64,000 nucleotides of DNA from contig CAZSRA010000005.1 in NCBI GenBank assembly GCA_964609585.1, forward strand, positions 2,502-66,501, written 5' to 3'. This document shows positions 41,219 to 51,259 of the stretch, piece after piece. The notes under the pieces were generated by a model, which saw only the letters and a program-made list of their open reading frames with translations, had not been told where the DNA came from and did no database searches. The DNA is from an uncultured Candidatus Saccharimonadales bacterium (lineage in GTDB: Bacteria; Patescibacteriota; Saccharimonadia; UBA4664). Each line of letters opens with the position of its first letter. Positions within the stretch are counted from its first letter, which is position 1. The translations under genes and the position numbers were made by a program.

Positions 41219-42262
41219 TTAACCCACTGTACCAAAGCCGGAAGCCGCAAGCAAAGTAATGGCAGCGGCGAGGCCCGAAATCTCGATAGCGGCTACGAGG
41301 CGATAGTGGAGGGAACTCCAGCGTCCGAGGCCTTTGCGCCAAACGGTGAAGTGGGTGATGAGGTAAACGATGAAGAGCATGACGAGCAAACCGATGGTGA
41401 TGAGGGTACCGAGGTTCAGCGTACGAATGATGGAGAGTGGCTTGAAGAGGCTGTACTGTTGAGGAGCCGGAGCGCTGGAGATGGTTTGACTGCTTGCCAC
41501 AATGGGCCTAGGCGTGGGGACAGGCGTGGGAGCTACAGTGGCAGTGGGGGCAGGAGTGGCTACGAGAGCTACTGGGGTGGCCGGCACTGGTGCTGGCGTT
41601 GATTTTGGAACGGGTCTGGCGGTGGGGGCCGGAACACTGGCGGCCACGCTGACGCCGGCTTGGGCGCCGTAATGCGCTACCACAAGTGTGGTTTGGCCGC
41701 CTACAAGGGTGCCATTTTCCACCGCAAAGCCAACATCAGTGTAGTGAGGATTGAGAATATTGGCACGATGACCAGGCGAATTCATCCAGCCTTGGACCGT
41801 GCCGGCGGTGGTGTCGAAATCTTTAGCGAGATTTTCACCGGCATAGGTGTAATTGTAACCAGCCTGAGTAAACCAATACCACGGCTGAATGCCGCTGGGC
41901 GAAACGTGAGCCCAATAATTTTCCGCGAACATGTTCCCTGCTTTGAGGGTGGCGCTTTGGTTGAGGCGGGCGTCCATGCGCAGAGGCGAAAGGCCATTGG
42001 CGACGCGTTGTTGATTGGTTTGGTCGAGAAGGTCGGTGGGGGTGATGTCGGAGGCGTAGGCGAGTACATTGCCCTGGGTGAGAGCACGAACGGCGGGTGG
42101 TCGCAGGAGATTGGCGGAAATTTGTACGCCAATGATAAGAAACGCCACGAGCGCGAGGCCATGGAGGCGAATAAGATGAGGGCGGTGGTCGTTGTGTTTG
42201 TGGGGCACAAACCAGTGCTTGAGATGATGACGCAGTGTTTTTGGTTTACGCTTGCCTGGCAT
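41219..42262 (-). CDS. CAP/SCP-domain protein with TM anchors and Pro/Thr linker
   Basis: TNQQR, YWAHVSPSG, AGENLA, WMNSPGHRANIL; start ATG 42262. Confidence 0.9.
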   Translation of the reverse strand: MPGKRKPKTLRHHLKHWFVPHKHNDHRPHLIRLHGLALVAFLIIGVQISANLLRPPAVRALTQGNVLAYASDITPTDLLDQTNQQRVANGLSPLRMDARLNQSATLKAGNMFAENYWAHVSPSGIQPWYWFTQAGYNYTYAGENLAKDFDTTAGTVQGWMNSPGHRANILNPHYTDVGFAVENGTLVGGQTTLVVAHYGAQAGVSVAASVPAPTARPVPKSTPAPVPATPVALVATPAPTATVAPTPVPTPRPIVASSQTISSAPAPQQYSLFKPLSIIRTLNLGTLITIGLLVMLFIVYLITHFTVWRKGLGRWSSLHYRLVAAIEISGLAAAITLLAASGFGTVG

Positions 42263-42427
42263 GGGGTTATTGTACATGATTTTAGATTTGACGGGTTTTA
42301 AGCGTTTTTGTGCTTAGTAATGAGGTTAAGCAGCCTGGAAGATTCCGGATTCAGCCCCAGAATTTCGTATATCAAGTGGATCTAGTGCATCTTCTAGCTT
42401 AGAAAGGGGGTAGGTTTTTGTATTTTA

Positions 42428-42456
42428 TTGACGAATTACGTGCTTTACCCTATAGT
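42428..42456 (+). promoter_or_regulatory. Sigma70-type promoter of pafA-like gene
   Basis: TTGACG-17 bp-TATAGT. Confidence 0.75.
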
Positions 42457-42495
42457 CCCGGACACGACGTGAACCTCGACAACCTAGGAGCAATC

Positions 42496-43947
42496 ATGGT
42501 TTTTAAGTGCCGACGGCCCGGAGAGATTCTCGGAAATGTTCTCCAGGACGCTCAGGGAAATGTCACCGGCGGGCGTGTGTTCGGGTGGGAAGCAGAACAG
42601 GGTATTTCTTGCCTAGAGATGCTTGACGGCAAGCTCGAAGTGGCCGATAACCACACGATGTGGAGCATGCTCTGCCATGTATACCCCCCAAGCCACCCCT
42701 TCAATCGTTCGGGTAATCGCCACTACATCGATGTGGGGAGCCACCCCGAGCGCTGTACGGCTGAGCACAATACAGTCCGAGGGATCGTTCGCGATTTCTT
42801 CTTCGGCGAGGGCGAGATGGACCGCCGAGCGCGCGCCGCTACGAGATACTTCAAAGAGGCGAAGCAACGCGATGTCTATCTGAAAGTCTGGGGTGGCAAC
42901 ACTACCGGCGGAGAGACATATGCAGGTCATGCCAACTACCAAATCTGGCTGCCGATCGACACAGCCATCTCAGATGATCGCATGAGTATCGAAGACTTCA
43001 TGTATCCGCTGGCGCCCTTCTTGGCAACCTGTTCTATCGTTCTGGGCGCAGGTGACCTGGTATGGGATGGAGACGGACTCCACATGAACGTGTCCGTTCG
43101 AGCGAGCCGCATCTGGGACGCGTTCTCCTGCTCCACCACCCGAAGCCGATCGCTCGTCAATCTGCGCGACGAGCCGCACGCCGGGGATGGTTCGAGCCGC
43201 CTGCATGTCATCAGCTTCGATGCACCCATCCGACCTCGAACCAAGGCTCGGATACACTCCCTGATGGTCGTACTGCTTACTATGCGCGAGCAGGGCAAGC
43301 TCAAGGGCCTCAGACTATCGGGCGAGGAGCTCGTACAGGTGACTCAAACCGTCACCCGCAACCCGGAGTACAAGTTCTCGCTTGAGTGCGGCAATAAAAG
43401 CGCATTTGATATCCAGAGGACCTATGCCCAGGAAGCCCTGGAGTTCGTCACTGGTCGGGTCGGTCTCGAGCAGTTCGCACCCTGGGTCGAGGACTATATG
43501 CGGTGCCTCGATCTGATCGCCGAGCATGGCTACAACGCCGAGGCACTCAGCGACGAGCTGGACTGGGCCCTTACGTGGGAATCGGTCCAGGAGCTGGTGA
43601 GGGCTGGCCACACCAGCAGAACCAAGCTTTTCGGCCGCCAACTAGAGCTACACCTACATACGGGCAGAGACACCCGACGGATGCGAGCGGCGGCGGCCGA
43701 CCCCTGGTTCGAAAGGTTTGGTCTGCACGAGCTACCCGAAATCCTTGAGCCCCCCAGAACTCGCGCTTGGGCGCGTGGGGCAGTCATCGCGGCCGCCCAG
43801 GAACTCCGCCTGGACTTCAACGCGGATTGGGAGATTGTGGTCGTGAATGGGGAGTCCATTCATCTACCAAAACCCGGCAGCCCGAAACTCCCGTTCCAGG
43901 CTCAGAACTTGGTCCGCCAAGCGGGCCTCGAACACTTACTAGTCTGA
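42496..43947 (+). CDS. pafA: Divergent Pup-protein ligase (PafA-like, Pup ligase/deamidase family)
   Basis: RVFGWEAEQG, RHYIDVGSHPE, YAGHANY, STTRSRSLVNLRDEPHA, RLHVI, ELDW, PPRTRAWARG, FNADW are collinear with actinobacterial PafA motifs; AGGAG SD before ATG 42496. Confidence 0.88.
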   Translation: MVFKCRRPGEILGNVLQDAQGNVTGGRVFGWEAEQGISCLEMLDGKLEVADNHTMWSMLCHVYPPSHPFNRSGNRHYIDVGSHPERCTAEHNTVRGIVRDFFFGEGEMDRRARAATRYFKEAKQRDVYLKVWGGNTTGGETYAGHANYQIWLPIDTAISDDRMSIEDFMYPLAPFLATCSIVLGAGDLVWDGDGLHMNVSVRASRIWDAFSCSTTRSRSLVNLRDEPHAGDGSSRLHVISFDAPIRPRTKARIHSLMVVLLTMREQGKLKGLRLSGEELVQVTQTVTRNPEYKFSLECGNKSAFDIQRTYAQEALEFVTGRVGLEQFAPWVEDYMRCLDLIAEHGYNAEALSDELDWALTWESVQELVRAGHTSRTKLFGRQLELHLHTGRDTRRMRAAAADPWFERFGLHELPEILEPPRTRAWARGAVIAAAQELRLDFNADWEIVVVNGESIHLPKPGSPKLPFQAQNLVRQAGLEHLLV

Positions 43948-43958
43948 GGAGGTAGTCG

Positions 43959-43999
43959 TGGTCGGGTGGGGAGCTATTCCCCACCCGACCATTTTTTTT
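43959..43999 (+). terminator. Intrinsic terminator after pafA-like gene
   Basis: TGGTCGGGTGGGGA-gctat-TCCCCACCCGACCA followed by T8. Confidence 0.9.
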
Positions 44000-44128
44000 G
44001 GGGTTTCGATTGCACAATAGTTGCCGATATTTCATAAATGTTATATAAATTACGAACTTGTGTCGCCAACCGGGCGGCCAAGACAGAGGGATGGACCTTC
44101 AAAACCCAACTTTAAGGAGATCATCGAG

Positions 44129-44737
44129 ATGAACCCCCTTTTGGTGGCCATCATGCTGCTTGCCGGCGTGGCCATCGCTATCTTCCTCACGCGACGGCGC
44201 AACCGGAAGATCCGGACCGATCGCGCCGCAGCCAAACGGCGATCCGACCCGTTCGCCGACGAGCGCGCCGCCGGCGGCGACCCGATGAAGATCGGGCCCG
44301 GCACTCAGATCAGGAACGGCATCGAGGAGTACTTCGTCCGCGGTACTGTCACGTGCACCAGCGGTGGCTCCACTTGGTGGGAGCACTACTTGAACACTGA
44401 CGAGGACTCCCCCTACGACTACATCTCGGTCGAGAAGGTGCGCGGGGGCGTGGAGACCTGCGCCTGGAAGACGATCCGAGGTAGCGGCCTGGACCACACC
44501 CAGGATTACCTCACGTACGGCAACCGGAATTACGAGTTCTCCGAACAGAGTGACAACGCACGATACACGACGACCGGCACCACCGACCTCCCACAGGAAA
44601 GCGGCAGCCTCAAGTACGTCGACTTCGCAACCCCGGACGGCCAGTGGAAGCTCTCCTTCGAGTGCTACGACGGGGCCGACTGGGAAGTCAGCGTCGGCGA
44701 GGTCGTGACGGGGCTGGAGATCAACCTCGCAGGCTGA
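44129..44737 (+). CDS. DUF4178-domain protein with N-terminal TM
   Basis: DPFAD...GDPMKIGPG, WWEHYL, LSFECYDGADWEVSVGE; AAGGAG SD. Confidence 0.8.
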   Translation: MNPLLVAIMLLAGVAIAIFLTRRRNRKIRTDRAAAKRRSDPFADERAAGGDPMKIGPGTQIRNGIEEYFVRGTVTCTSGGSTWWEHYLNTDEDSPYDYISVEKVRGGVETCAWKTIRGSGLDHTQDYLTYGNRNYEFSEQSDNARYTTTGTTDLPQESGSLKYVDFATPDGQWKLSFECYDGADWEVSVGEVVTGLEINLAG

Positions 44738-44884
44738 CGGCAACACACGCTAGACCCTGTTCCAGGTCCATCCCTCACGCAGAGGGGCCCCGGGAGCACA
44801 TGCATCCCGGGGCCCTGTGCCCGCACAATTTTACTTTCCTGCAATTATAGGTTATAAATATACGATTACCGGACGCGTGCCATC

Positions 44885-45454
44885 GTGCTCGAGCACGGTC
44901 GCACCTACTATTTGAAGGGAGAGATCCCAACGGTTGAATATCAGGACCAATCTCCGGATGGCCTGAAGCTCGCGATCGTCACCGGAGCGCTCCGCGTTGA
45001 CCAATTCAGTATCCTGCAGGAAGAATCGCTGCGCGCAGCGGATCTGACTGCGAGGTGCCGGATCGTCGGCGCGAGTCATGTCATCGAGTACACGCTCAAC
45101 GGCCTGCCCATGTGGGAGGTTTTTGCGTGTCAGGATGTCGAAGAGGATGCCCTGCGCTATTCGCTGGATCATGTAACGGCCCACGTCGTGGAGACCGAAC
45201 ACCCCGGTGGAGCGCGGCACATCTTCCAAGCCTCGCTGACTTCTACGGAAGCAGCCGAGGAGGACTTGAGGCGACTTCGGCTTCGGCCGCTGCGTCTTGA
45301 GTTCGCGTTCCCGTCTGCGGACGGAACTCAGGCCCCCGTCACCATCATCAGTGGCGAACCCCAATCTGGAGGCATTCTGGTCGAAACGGCTCATTCCTAT
45401 CCCAACTATGGGCAGGTTGTCCTGACCCGCTCAGTTCTTCAGCTTAGGAGCTGA
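44885..45454 (+). CDS. DUF2617-like protein
   Basis: IVGASHVI and ETAHSYPNYGQVVLTRS motifs; position in DUF4178-DUF350-speE operon. Confidence 0.6.
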   Translation: MLEHGRTYYLKGEIPTVEYQDQSPDGLKLAIVTGALRVDQFSILQEESLRAADLTARCRIVGASHVIEYTLNGLPMWEVFACQDVEEDALRYSLDHVTAHVVETEHPGGARHIFQASLTSTEAAEEDLRRLRLRPLRLEFAFPSADGTQAPVTIISGEPQSGGILVETAHSYPNYGQVVLTRSVLQLRS

Positions 45455-45459
45455 TACCT

Positions 45460-47073
45460 ATGTTCAAACCCAGAGTCCGGCGCTGGATTGCCCCGCTCGT
45501 AGCGGTGGCTTTCCTGGCTGCTGGATGCAGTAGCGGCTTGCCCGACAGTTCCAAGAAGCCGGCCGAGGCACTCAAGACGCGCATTGCGACGGTTCAGACA
45601 GACGTCGACGCCGCCAAGAAGTCCTTCGGCCAGCGCCTGCAGCAGCCCGACGCCGCCTTCATGGCCGGATACTCCGACCAGGTGGAAGCCGGCTGGTTCA
45701 CCACCGCCACCAAGGCTCAGACCACTGCCGCCAACCTGTACAACACTCAGGTGGTGCCACTGGTCAAAGCCGACAAGAGCGGCGATGCCAGCAAGGTGAA
45801 CACCCTGGTGAGCCAGGTCAACACCCAGCTCGACACCGCCGAGGCGGATGCCAAGATCCCGGCGCAGCGCATCGGCGACGTCATCAAGACGAAGGCCAAT
45901 GCAGCGACGGTCTCGAAGGCTGCTACTGATCTGGCGACAGCCCTGGACGGCCGGGACACCGACCTGTCCGCTGCCGCCGACCAGGCAGCCAAGAAGCACC
46001 CGACTAGTGCCGCCTCCATCACCAAGCACCTCACCGAGGCGCACGGATGGCGTACGAGCTCGGATGCGGCACTGGCCGCCATGTCATCTACCCTGGCCAG
46101 CAGCACGCCGAACTATGCCACGGTGCTCGACAGCTCGACGACGATCCAGTCGGCGGCCAAGAGTTCCGTGGACAAAACCCCGGCTCTGCTCACGGCACTG
46201 ACCGATCTCGACACGTCGAGCGTGGAAACGCTCGTCGACATGAAGATCACGTGTACCATCACGGTCAGCCGTTCGAGCTGGGACGACAACTCCGACTCCG
46301 ACTCGGTGTCGAACTACACGTTCCCGGTCGTCATGAGTGACAACTCCGAGGTGTGCGCCTACTGGGCGGACTTCGACGAGAAGAACGCCACTGGAGACGC
46401 CAAGTTTGCCCACGTGAACGAAGACTGGGGCAGCCGCGGCGACTTCAACGTCGACAGCGGAATCGACCGCAAGATGTGGGACACCCTGAAAGTCGACGCC
46501 TTCCAGCAATGGCCGGGCAGCGACAATGCGGGGGAGTACTACATCGAGAACGTCGATGCCACGTACTACACGAAGATGGACACGAGCGTCGACGGCGTCA
46601 CCACCAAGGGCGACTGGCAGGAAGTGGACTCCGACGAGTTCGCTCTGCTCCAGGACAGCCTGGGCATGGACATCAGCGAGCGAGCGGTGGGCCAGTTCGC
46701 CGACGAAGCCAACTATCAGCCCTCGCCTCCGGGCGCGCTGTACGTCGGCGACACTCACTACGGCTCGTGGCAGCAGGACACCAGCGGCAACAGCTTCTGG
46801 GTGTTCTACGGCCAGTACCGGCTCTTCAGCGATCTGCTCGGCGGGCCGTTCTACCAGTCCGACTACAATCGCTGGAGCACCGGCTACCGATACCACCAGC
46901 CCTACTACGGTAGCCTCGGTGGACAACCCCGCTGGGGCACCAAAGCGCCCGGTACCGCCGCGCGCTTCCCCGCTAGTACGTTCATTTCGACCGGAGGAGC
47001 CAGAGCCAAGGCGACCGTTCGCGGTGCTGGCCCGGCCGATCGTGGTCGTGGTCCTGGAGGAGGAGGCAAGTGA
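45460..47073 (+). CDS. Lipoprotein with coiled-coil region and Gly-rich C-terminal tail (DUF4247-position partner)
   Basis: LAAG-C lipobox; YGSWQQDTSGNSFWVFYGQY; ends RGRGPGGGGK. Confidence 0.75.
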   Translation: MFKPRVRRWIAPLVAVAFLAAGCSSGLPDSSKKPAEALKTRIATVQTDVDAAKKSFGQRLQQPDAAFMAGYSDQVEAGWFTTATKAQTTAANLYNTQVVPLVKADKSGDASKVNTLVSQVNTQLDTAEADAKIPAQRIGDVIKTKANAATVSKAATDLATALDGRDTDLSAAADQAAKKHPTSAASITKHLTEAHGWRTSSDAALAAMSSTLASSTPNYATVLDSSTTIQSAAKSSVDKTPALLTALTDLDTSSVETLVDMKITCTITVSRSSWDDNSDSDSVSNYTFPVVMSDNSEVCAYWADFDEKNATGDAKFAHVNEDWGSRGDFNVDSGIDRKMWDTLKVDAFQQWPGSDNAGEYYIENVDATYYTKMDTSVDGVTTKGDWQEVDSDEFALLQDSLGMDISERAVGQFADEANYQPSPPGALYVGDTHYGSWQQDTSGNSFWVFYGQYRLFSDLLGGPFYQSDYNRWSTGYRYHQPYYGSLGGQPRWGTKAPGTAARFPASTFISTGGARAKATVRGAGPADRGRGPGGGGK

Positions 47074-48044
47074 TGTCCGACATCAAATCGACGGGGCAAG
47101 CAACGCGCAAGTTTCGCTGGGTGCCGGCGGTCGTGATCTTTGCGGCCAGTGTGCTCGGAGTCACGTACCTGTGGCTGTTCGGTGACCTGCGGAGCTCGAT
47201 CGGGTACTCCATCCGACCGTTCACCTTCGCTCTCGTGGCGCTGGTGATCCTCGTGCTCTTCCGGACGGTGCTCGACCGCATCACGCCCTGGGACGACACC
47301 GCGACTGTCGTGGACGACAACAACGGGCCGATCGCGCTTCAGCGTGCGGCCCAGTACGCGGCACTCCTGCTCGGCATGGGCGGCAGTCTCATCATGGCCC
47401 CAGCTCGTCCGCTCCTGGAAACCCTCGGGTCGTTCGCGCTGGACGGCGTGATCGTAGCGGCAGCCCTCATGGCATCAACCTTCGTCACCGACTGGTACCT
47501 GCTCCGGCACGTCCCGAACGCTGACGAGATGCGAGGAGGCAACTGGGCGGTTGCGTTCGTGGAAGCCGGCGCCTACCTGGCGCTCGGTATCATCCTCAAC
47601 GGCGCCTTCGCCGGCAGGGGTGGCGGTGCCTTGAGCGGCCTGCAGTTCTTCGCGATCGGACAGCTCACGCTGATCGGGACCTACCTGCTCTACCGCATCG
47701 TCAACGCCTGCAGCATCGAGGAGGAGATCCGCACCAACAACCTCGCTCTGGCGATCGAGGTTGGCGGCTTCATGCTCGCCGTGGGCATCGTGCAATGGTT
47801 CGCCATTGCCGGCCCGTTCACGGGCTTCATCCAGGACATGAACTCGTACGCCGAGGCTCTCGTGCCCGGCCTGCTGGCGCTGGCCTTGGTGATGGTCCTC
47901 GTCGACTTGGTGCTCCTGCCGCGTGTCACCCTCCGGGGGAACACGCACCACGGCAAGATTGGGCCCTCGCTGATCATCGCCGGCATCGTCCCCTTCATGG
48001 GGGTGATCATCGGCGCCAGCCTCGCCGCCGGTCTCACCGGCTAA
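47070..48044 (+). CDS. Tandem DUF350 membrane protein
   Basis: Repeated 'E-x-x-x-x-N-x-A-(V/L)A' units (DEMRGGNWAVA, EEIRTNNLALA) between TM helices. Confidence 0.8.
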   Translation: MMSDIKSTGQATRKFRWVPAVVIFAASVLGVTYLWLFGDLRSSIGYSIRPFTFALVALVILVLFRTVLDRITPWDDTATVVDDNNGPIALQRAAQYAALLLGMGGSLIMAPARPLLETLGSFALDGVIVAAALMASTFVTDWYLLRHVPNADEMRGGNWAVAFVEAGAYLALGIILNGAFAGRGGGALSGLQFFAIGQLTLIGTYLLYRIVNACSIEEEIRTNNLALAIEVGGFMLAVGIVQWFAIAGPFTGFIQDMNSYAEALVPGLLALALVMVLVDLVLLPRVTLRGNTHHGKIGPSLIIAGIVPFMGVIIGASLAAGLTG

Positions 48045-48188
48045 CAGGCGACCCTTCTTCGTTCACCCCGTGCCCGTCCCTTCGCCACCTGGCGGCGGGA
48101 CGGGCACCCGACACCGGGACACGCAGGCTAAACCTGCATGTCCCGTTCGTTCCCTGTTTCCCGTCCTTCGACAATAGATTGGAGAACC

Positions 48189-49919
48189 GTGGCTACAACC
48201 ACCGATGAAGCACCTCAGGCAACCCCCAAGGTTGCTCGGGGTGCTCGCTACGTCATCACGGCCGTGGCTCTGCTTACTGGCGCTGCCGGCCTGGTCTTCG
48301 AGTACCTGCTCGCGACCACCGCCAGCTACCTCCTCGGCAGCAGCAACTACCAGTTTGCCGTCACCATCGGCCTGATGATGGGCATGATGGGCGTCGGTGC
48401 ATGGGTCCAGCGGGCCATTCCTGACCGCCGAGTGCTCGGCACCTTCATCGGTATCGAGCTGGTACTCGGCCTCATGGGTGGCTTCGCGGCCATCGCCAAC
48501 CTGATGGCGTTCGCCAAGATGCCCGATCACTACCCGCTCGTGCAATACGCGTTCATCATCGGGATTGGCCTGGCCATTGGCATGGAAATCCCGCTGGCGG
48601 CGCGCATGAACGAGCAGTTCGAGCGCCGGCTCAAGATGAACCTCGCCACGATCGTGGGTGCCGACTACGCGGGTGCCTTGATCGGTGCGATCATCTGGGT
48701 GAAGCTCATCAACTTGATGATCCCCTTGACTACTCTGGGGTTCTACATCGCGATGGCGAACCTGGCGGTGGCCGCTCTGTGCCTGTGCTACTTCTGGCGG
48801 CGTGGCATGATTGCCCGCCGGCGTGCCAAGCTTGGTGGTGCAGTCGCGATCGTTCTGAGCGCCGCGACGCTGATGTTCGGTACCCTTAACGCGGGTGCCT
48901 GGACGGTCGCCGCCAATCAGGACCTGTACGCCGACCCGATCGTCTTTAGCGAGACGACGCCCTACCAGCAACTCGTGATCACGCAGCGGACCAGTCCCGA
49001 CGACACCCGCCTGTACATCAACGGCAACCTCCAGTTCTCATCGGAGGACGAGGCGATTTACCACGAACTGCTGGTGCACCCGGCGATGAATCTTGGCCCC
49101 CATGGCAGGGTTCTGATCCTGGGCGGCGGCGACGGCATGGCCCTGCGCGAGGTTCTCAAGTACCCCGACGTGACGTCGGTGACGCTCGTGGACCTCGACC
49201 CGGCGATGATCCAGCTCGCCCGCACGAACCCGCTCCTCACCCGGCTCAACCAGGGGTCCTTCAGCGACGCCCGAGTGACGGCTACGGTGAGCGGGCTCAC
49301 CGACACCGGCGAGACGACGGACGTGGTTCAAACCACCGACGACCGCGTAAGACAGGCCAAGGGCACGACCACCTACGGCGTGCGCAAGGTCGCGACGGTT
49401 CACGTATACACGGTCGATGCGTTCCAGTTCATCCGGGCTCATCCCGGTATATGGAACACGATCTTCGTCGACCTGCCAGACCCAAGTACCGTAGAACTGG
49501 CAAAGCTCTACAGCCAGGAGTTCTACGGAATGGTCAAGGGGGTCCTGGCCCCCGACGGCTTCATGGCGGTCCAATCCGGGTCGCCTTACCATGCACGCCA
49601 GGCCTACGTCTGCATCCTCGAGTCGATCAAGGCTGCTGGCTTCTCGGTTCTGCCGTACCACGCCAACGTGCCCTCCTTCGGAGATTGGGGCTGGACGCTG
49701 GCGTGGAAGAGTTCGCTGCCGGACTCGGTCATCCGTGACCGCATCGCCGGGCTCCAGAGCTGGCCAGTTCCGACCCGCTACCTCGTCGACGGCGCGTCGT
49801 TCACCAGCACCCTTAGCTTTGGCCGAGGCTGGCTCGACGACCGCAACATCACCCCGAGCACGTTGATGAACCCCACCATCCTCAACTACTACGTCCAGGA
49901 GGGCTGGAAGATCGAGTAG
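48189..49919 (+). CDS. speE: Membrane-anchored polyamine aminopropyltransferase (spermidine synthase-like)
   Basis: 7-TM N-terminus; TPYQ, LQFSSEDEAIYHE, ILGGGDG, VDLDP, DLPDP, LYSQEFY, VPSFGDWG; GTG start 48189. Confidence 0.9.
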   Translation: MATTTDEAPQATPKVARGARYVITAVALLTGAAGLVFEYLLATTASYLLGSSNYQFAVTIGLMMGMMGVGAWVQRAIPDRRVLGTFIGIELVLGLMGGFAAIANLMAFAKMPDHYPLVQYAFIIGIGLAIGMEIPLAARMNEQFERRLKMNLATIVGADYAGALIGAIIWVKLINLMIPLTTLGFYIAMANLAVAALCLCYFWRRGMIARRRAKLGGAVAIVLSAATLMFGTLNAGAWTVAANQDLYADPIVFSETTPYQQLVITQRTSPDDTRLYINGNLQFSSEDEAIYHELLVHPAMNLGPHGRVLILGGGDGMALREVLKYPDVTSVTLVDLDPAMIQLARTNPLLTRLNQGSFSDARVTATVSGLTDTGETTDVVQTTDDRVRQAKGTTTYGVRKVATVHVYTVDAFQFIRAHPGIWNTIFVDLPDPSTVELAKLYSQEFYGMVKGVLAPDGFMAVQSGSPYHARQAYVCILESIKAAGFSVLPYHANVPSFGDWGWTLAWKSSLPDSVIRDRIAGLQSWPVPTRYLVDGASFTSTLSFGRGWLDDRNITPSTLMNPTILNYYVQEGWKIE

Positions 49920-50045
49920 TGATACTCGTCCTACGAGAGACGGGGGCCGCCCATGGCAGCCCCCGTCCCGGACAATCTTTTTGCGATATTATGCTTGGCA
50001 TTTGCCAGACACGATGCCACAAAAATTCCTCAGGCTGTTTGCGCT

Positions 50046-50678
50046 TTAGCAGTGGTGTTTTTCGAGAGTGACATGGAAGATAACGAGGCCTGTGAGTTTG
50101 CTCGTTTGGACAATGAGGTATGGGTTTGAGGTAGCCTGGGTAATACTACAAGTGATTGTGGGCGTAGACTCGGTAACATTGACCTGGGTTCCCGTGGCGC
50201 TCGCTGTAATATTGGTAATATGCAGGCCGTAACCGGTGGTGAGCTCGGGCCCAAGATTTAGGCCGATGACGCTGGCTGTCGTAAAGTCGATCGGAATAAT
50301 AGGCGGTAGCGTAGGCAGACCTGCGTGCACTGCTTGCCAATACCGTTTCCAATCGGCGGCCGTGTTTATGAGCTGCTGGCCATGGCCTGGGACTTTAGCG
50401 CGAGTATCACCGTCAACGAGGATCTCGAAAGGCACGGAAATGATGGGCGGGGCAGGAGAGGCCGCCGGTTTTGGGGTACCAATGAGGTTGTTGGTGCCGT
50501 CGCGGCAAATGGGAGGATCAACATCGAAAACGGGATTACCGGCCTCTAGACAATCAGCGTACGAAGCAATGGGTGCCGTAGAGCTAGCGGACACAAAAAT
50601 AGCCATGACGCTGGCAAGCGAAAGGCTCATTAGTAGTTGCAACCACTGTCTTCGTTTTATAAACGTGAGCACTTTCAT
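50046..50678 (-). CDS. PrcB C-terminal domain protein (exported)
   Basis: IDFTTASVIGLNLG...TGYGLHITNI...TQATSNPYLIV. Confidence 0.75.
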   Translation of the reverse strand: MKVLTFIKRRQWLQLLMSLSLASVMAIFVSASSTAPIASYADCLEAGNPVFDVDPPICRDGTNNLIGTPKPAASPAPPIISVPFEILVDGDTRAKVPGHGQQLINTAADWKRYWQAVHAGLPTLPPIIPIDFTTASVIGLNLGPELTTGYGLHITNITASATGTQVNVTESTPTITCSITQATSNPYLIVQTSKLTGLVIFHVTLEKHHC

Positions 50679-50856
50679 GGTTTAACTATACGATATGTTG
50701 CGCCAATGGTGCGGACCCACTCCCCGGCACAGGTATTTCGGATGGGCATTGGCTGGTGGTTTAACTAGCGATAATTGCGGAATTTAATCGGGGAGGCCCC
50801 CGGACCAGCGCCGTTGCTGGTCCGGGGGCGGCTCCGGATGGGTGAGATGGATAGCC

Positions 50857-51240
50857 TCAGGTGGCTGCGGGCCGGCGACGGCCGTCTTGCATCGCGGTGA
50901 GGTGGCTCGCCAGCGGCCCCGTCGAAGGCGAGCGCCTTCTGCTCGGTTGCCCGAAGACGAACCCCATCGCGGCGGTGTGCATCTTGGCGCGTTGGCGCTG
51001 GCGCTGAGCTTCGGAGTCCGCGTAGCACCACCAGACGATCAACGAGCCGGCGGGCACGAAGGCGATGAGGACGACGCAGATGGCGGCGATCCTGTTGATG
51101 GCGGCCGAGTCCGATGCGCCGGTGATGATGACATCGAGGCCACAGATCCCGGCGATGGTCGTGGCCACCAGGGCCGCGATGGCCAACTTCAGGTGCTGCA
51201 CGAGGACCTTCGGCATGGGCGTGCTGGTACGACGAGGCAT
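50857..51240 (-). CDS. Hypothetical 2-TM protein (cassette, second gene)
   Basis: AAGGAG SD before ATG 51240; hairpin CCCCCGGACCAGC...GCTGGTCCGGGGG downstream. Confidence 0.65.
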   Translation of the reverse strand: MPRRTSTPMPKVLVQHLKLAIAALVATTIAGICGLDVIITGASDSAAINRIAAICVVLIAFVPAGSLIVWWCYADSEAQRQRQRAKMHTAAMGFVFGQPSRRRSPSTGPLASHLTAMQDGRRRPAAT

Positions 51241-51259
51241 GATGTACTCCTTGGGTTGG

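Noticed and set aside
50706-50730. TGGTGCGGAC resembling a tRNA 3'-end att remnant
   Set aside because: Match too short and no T-arm sequence follows
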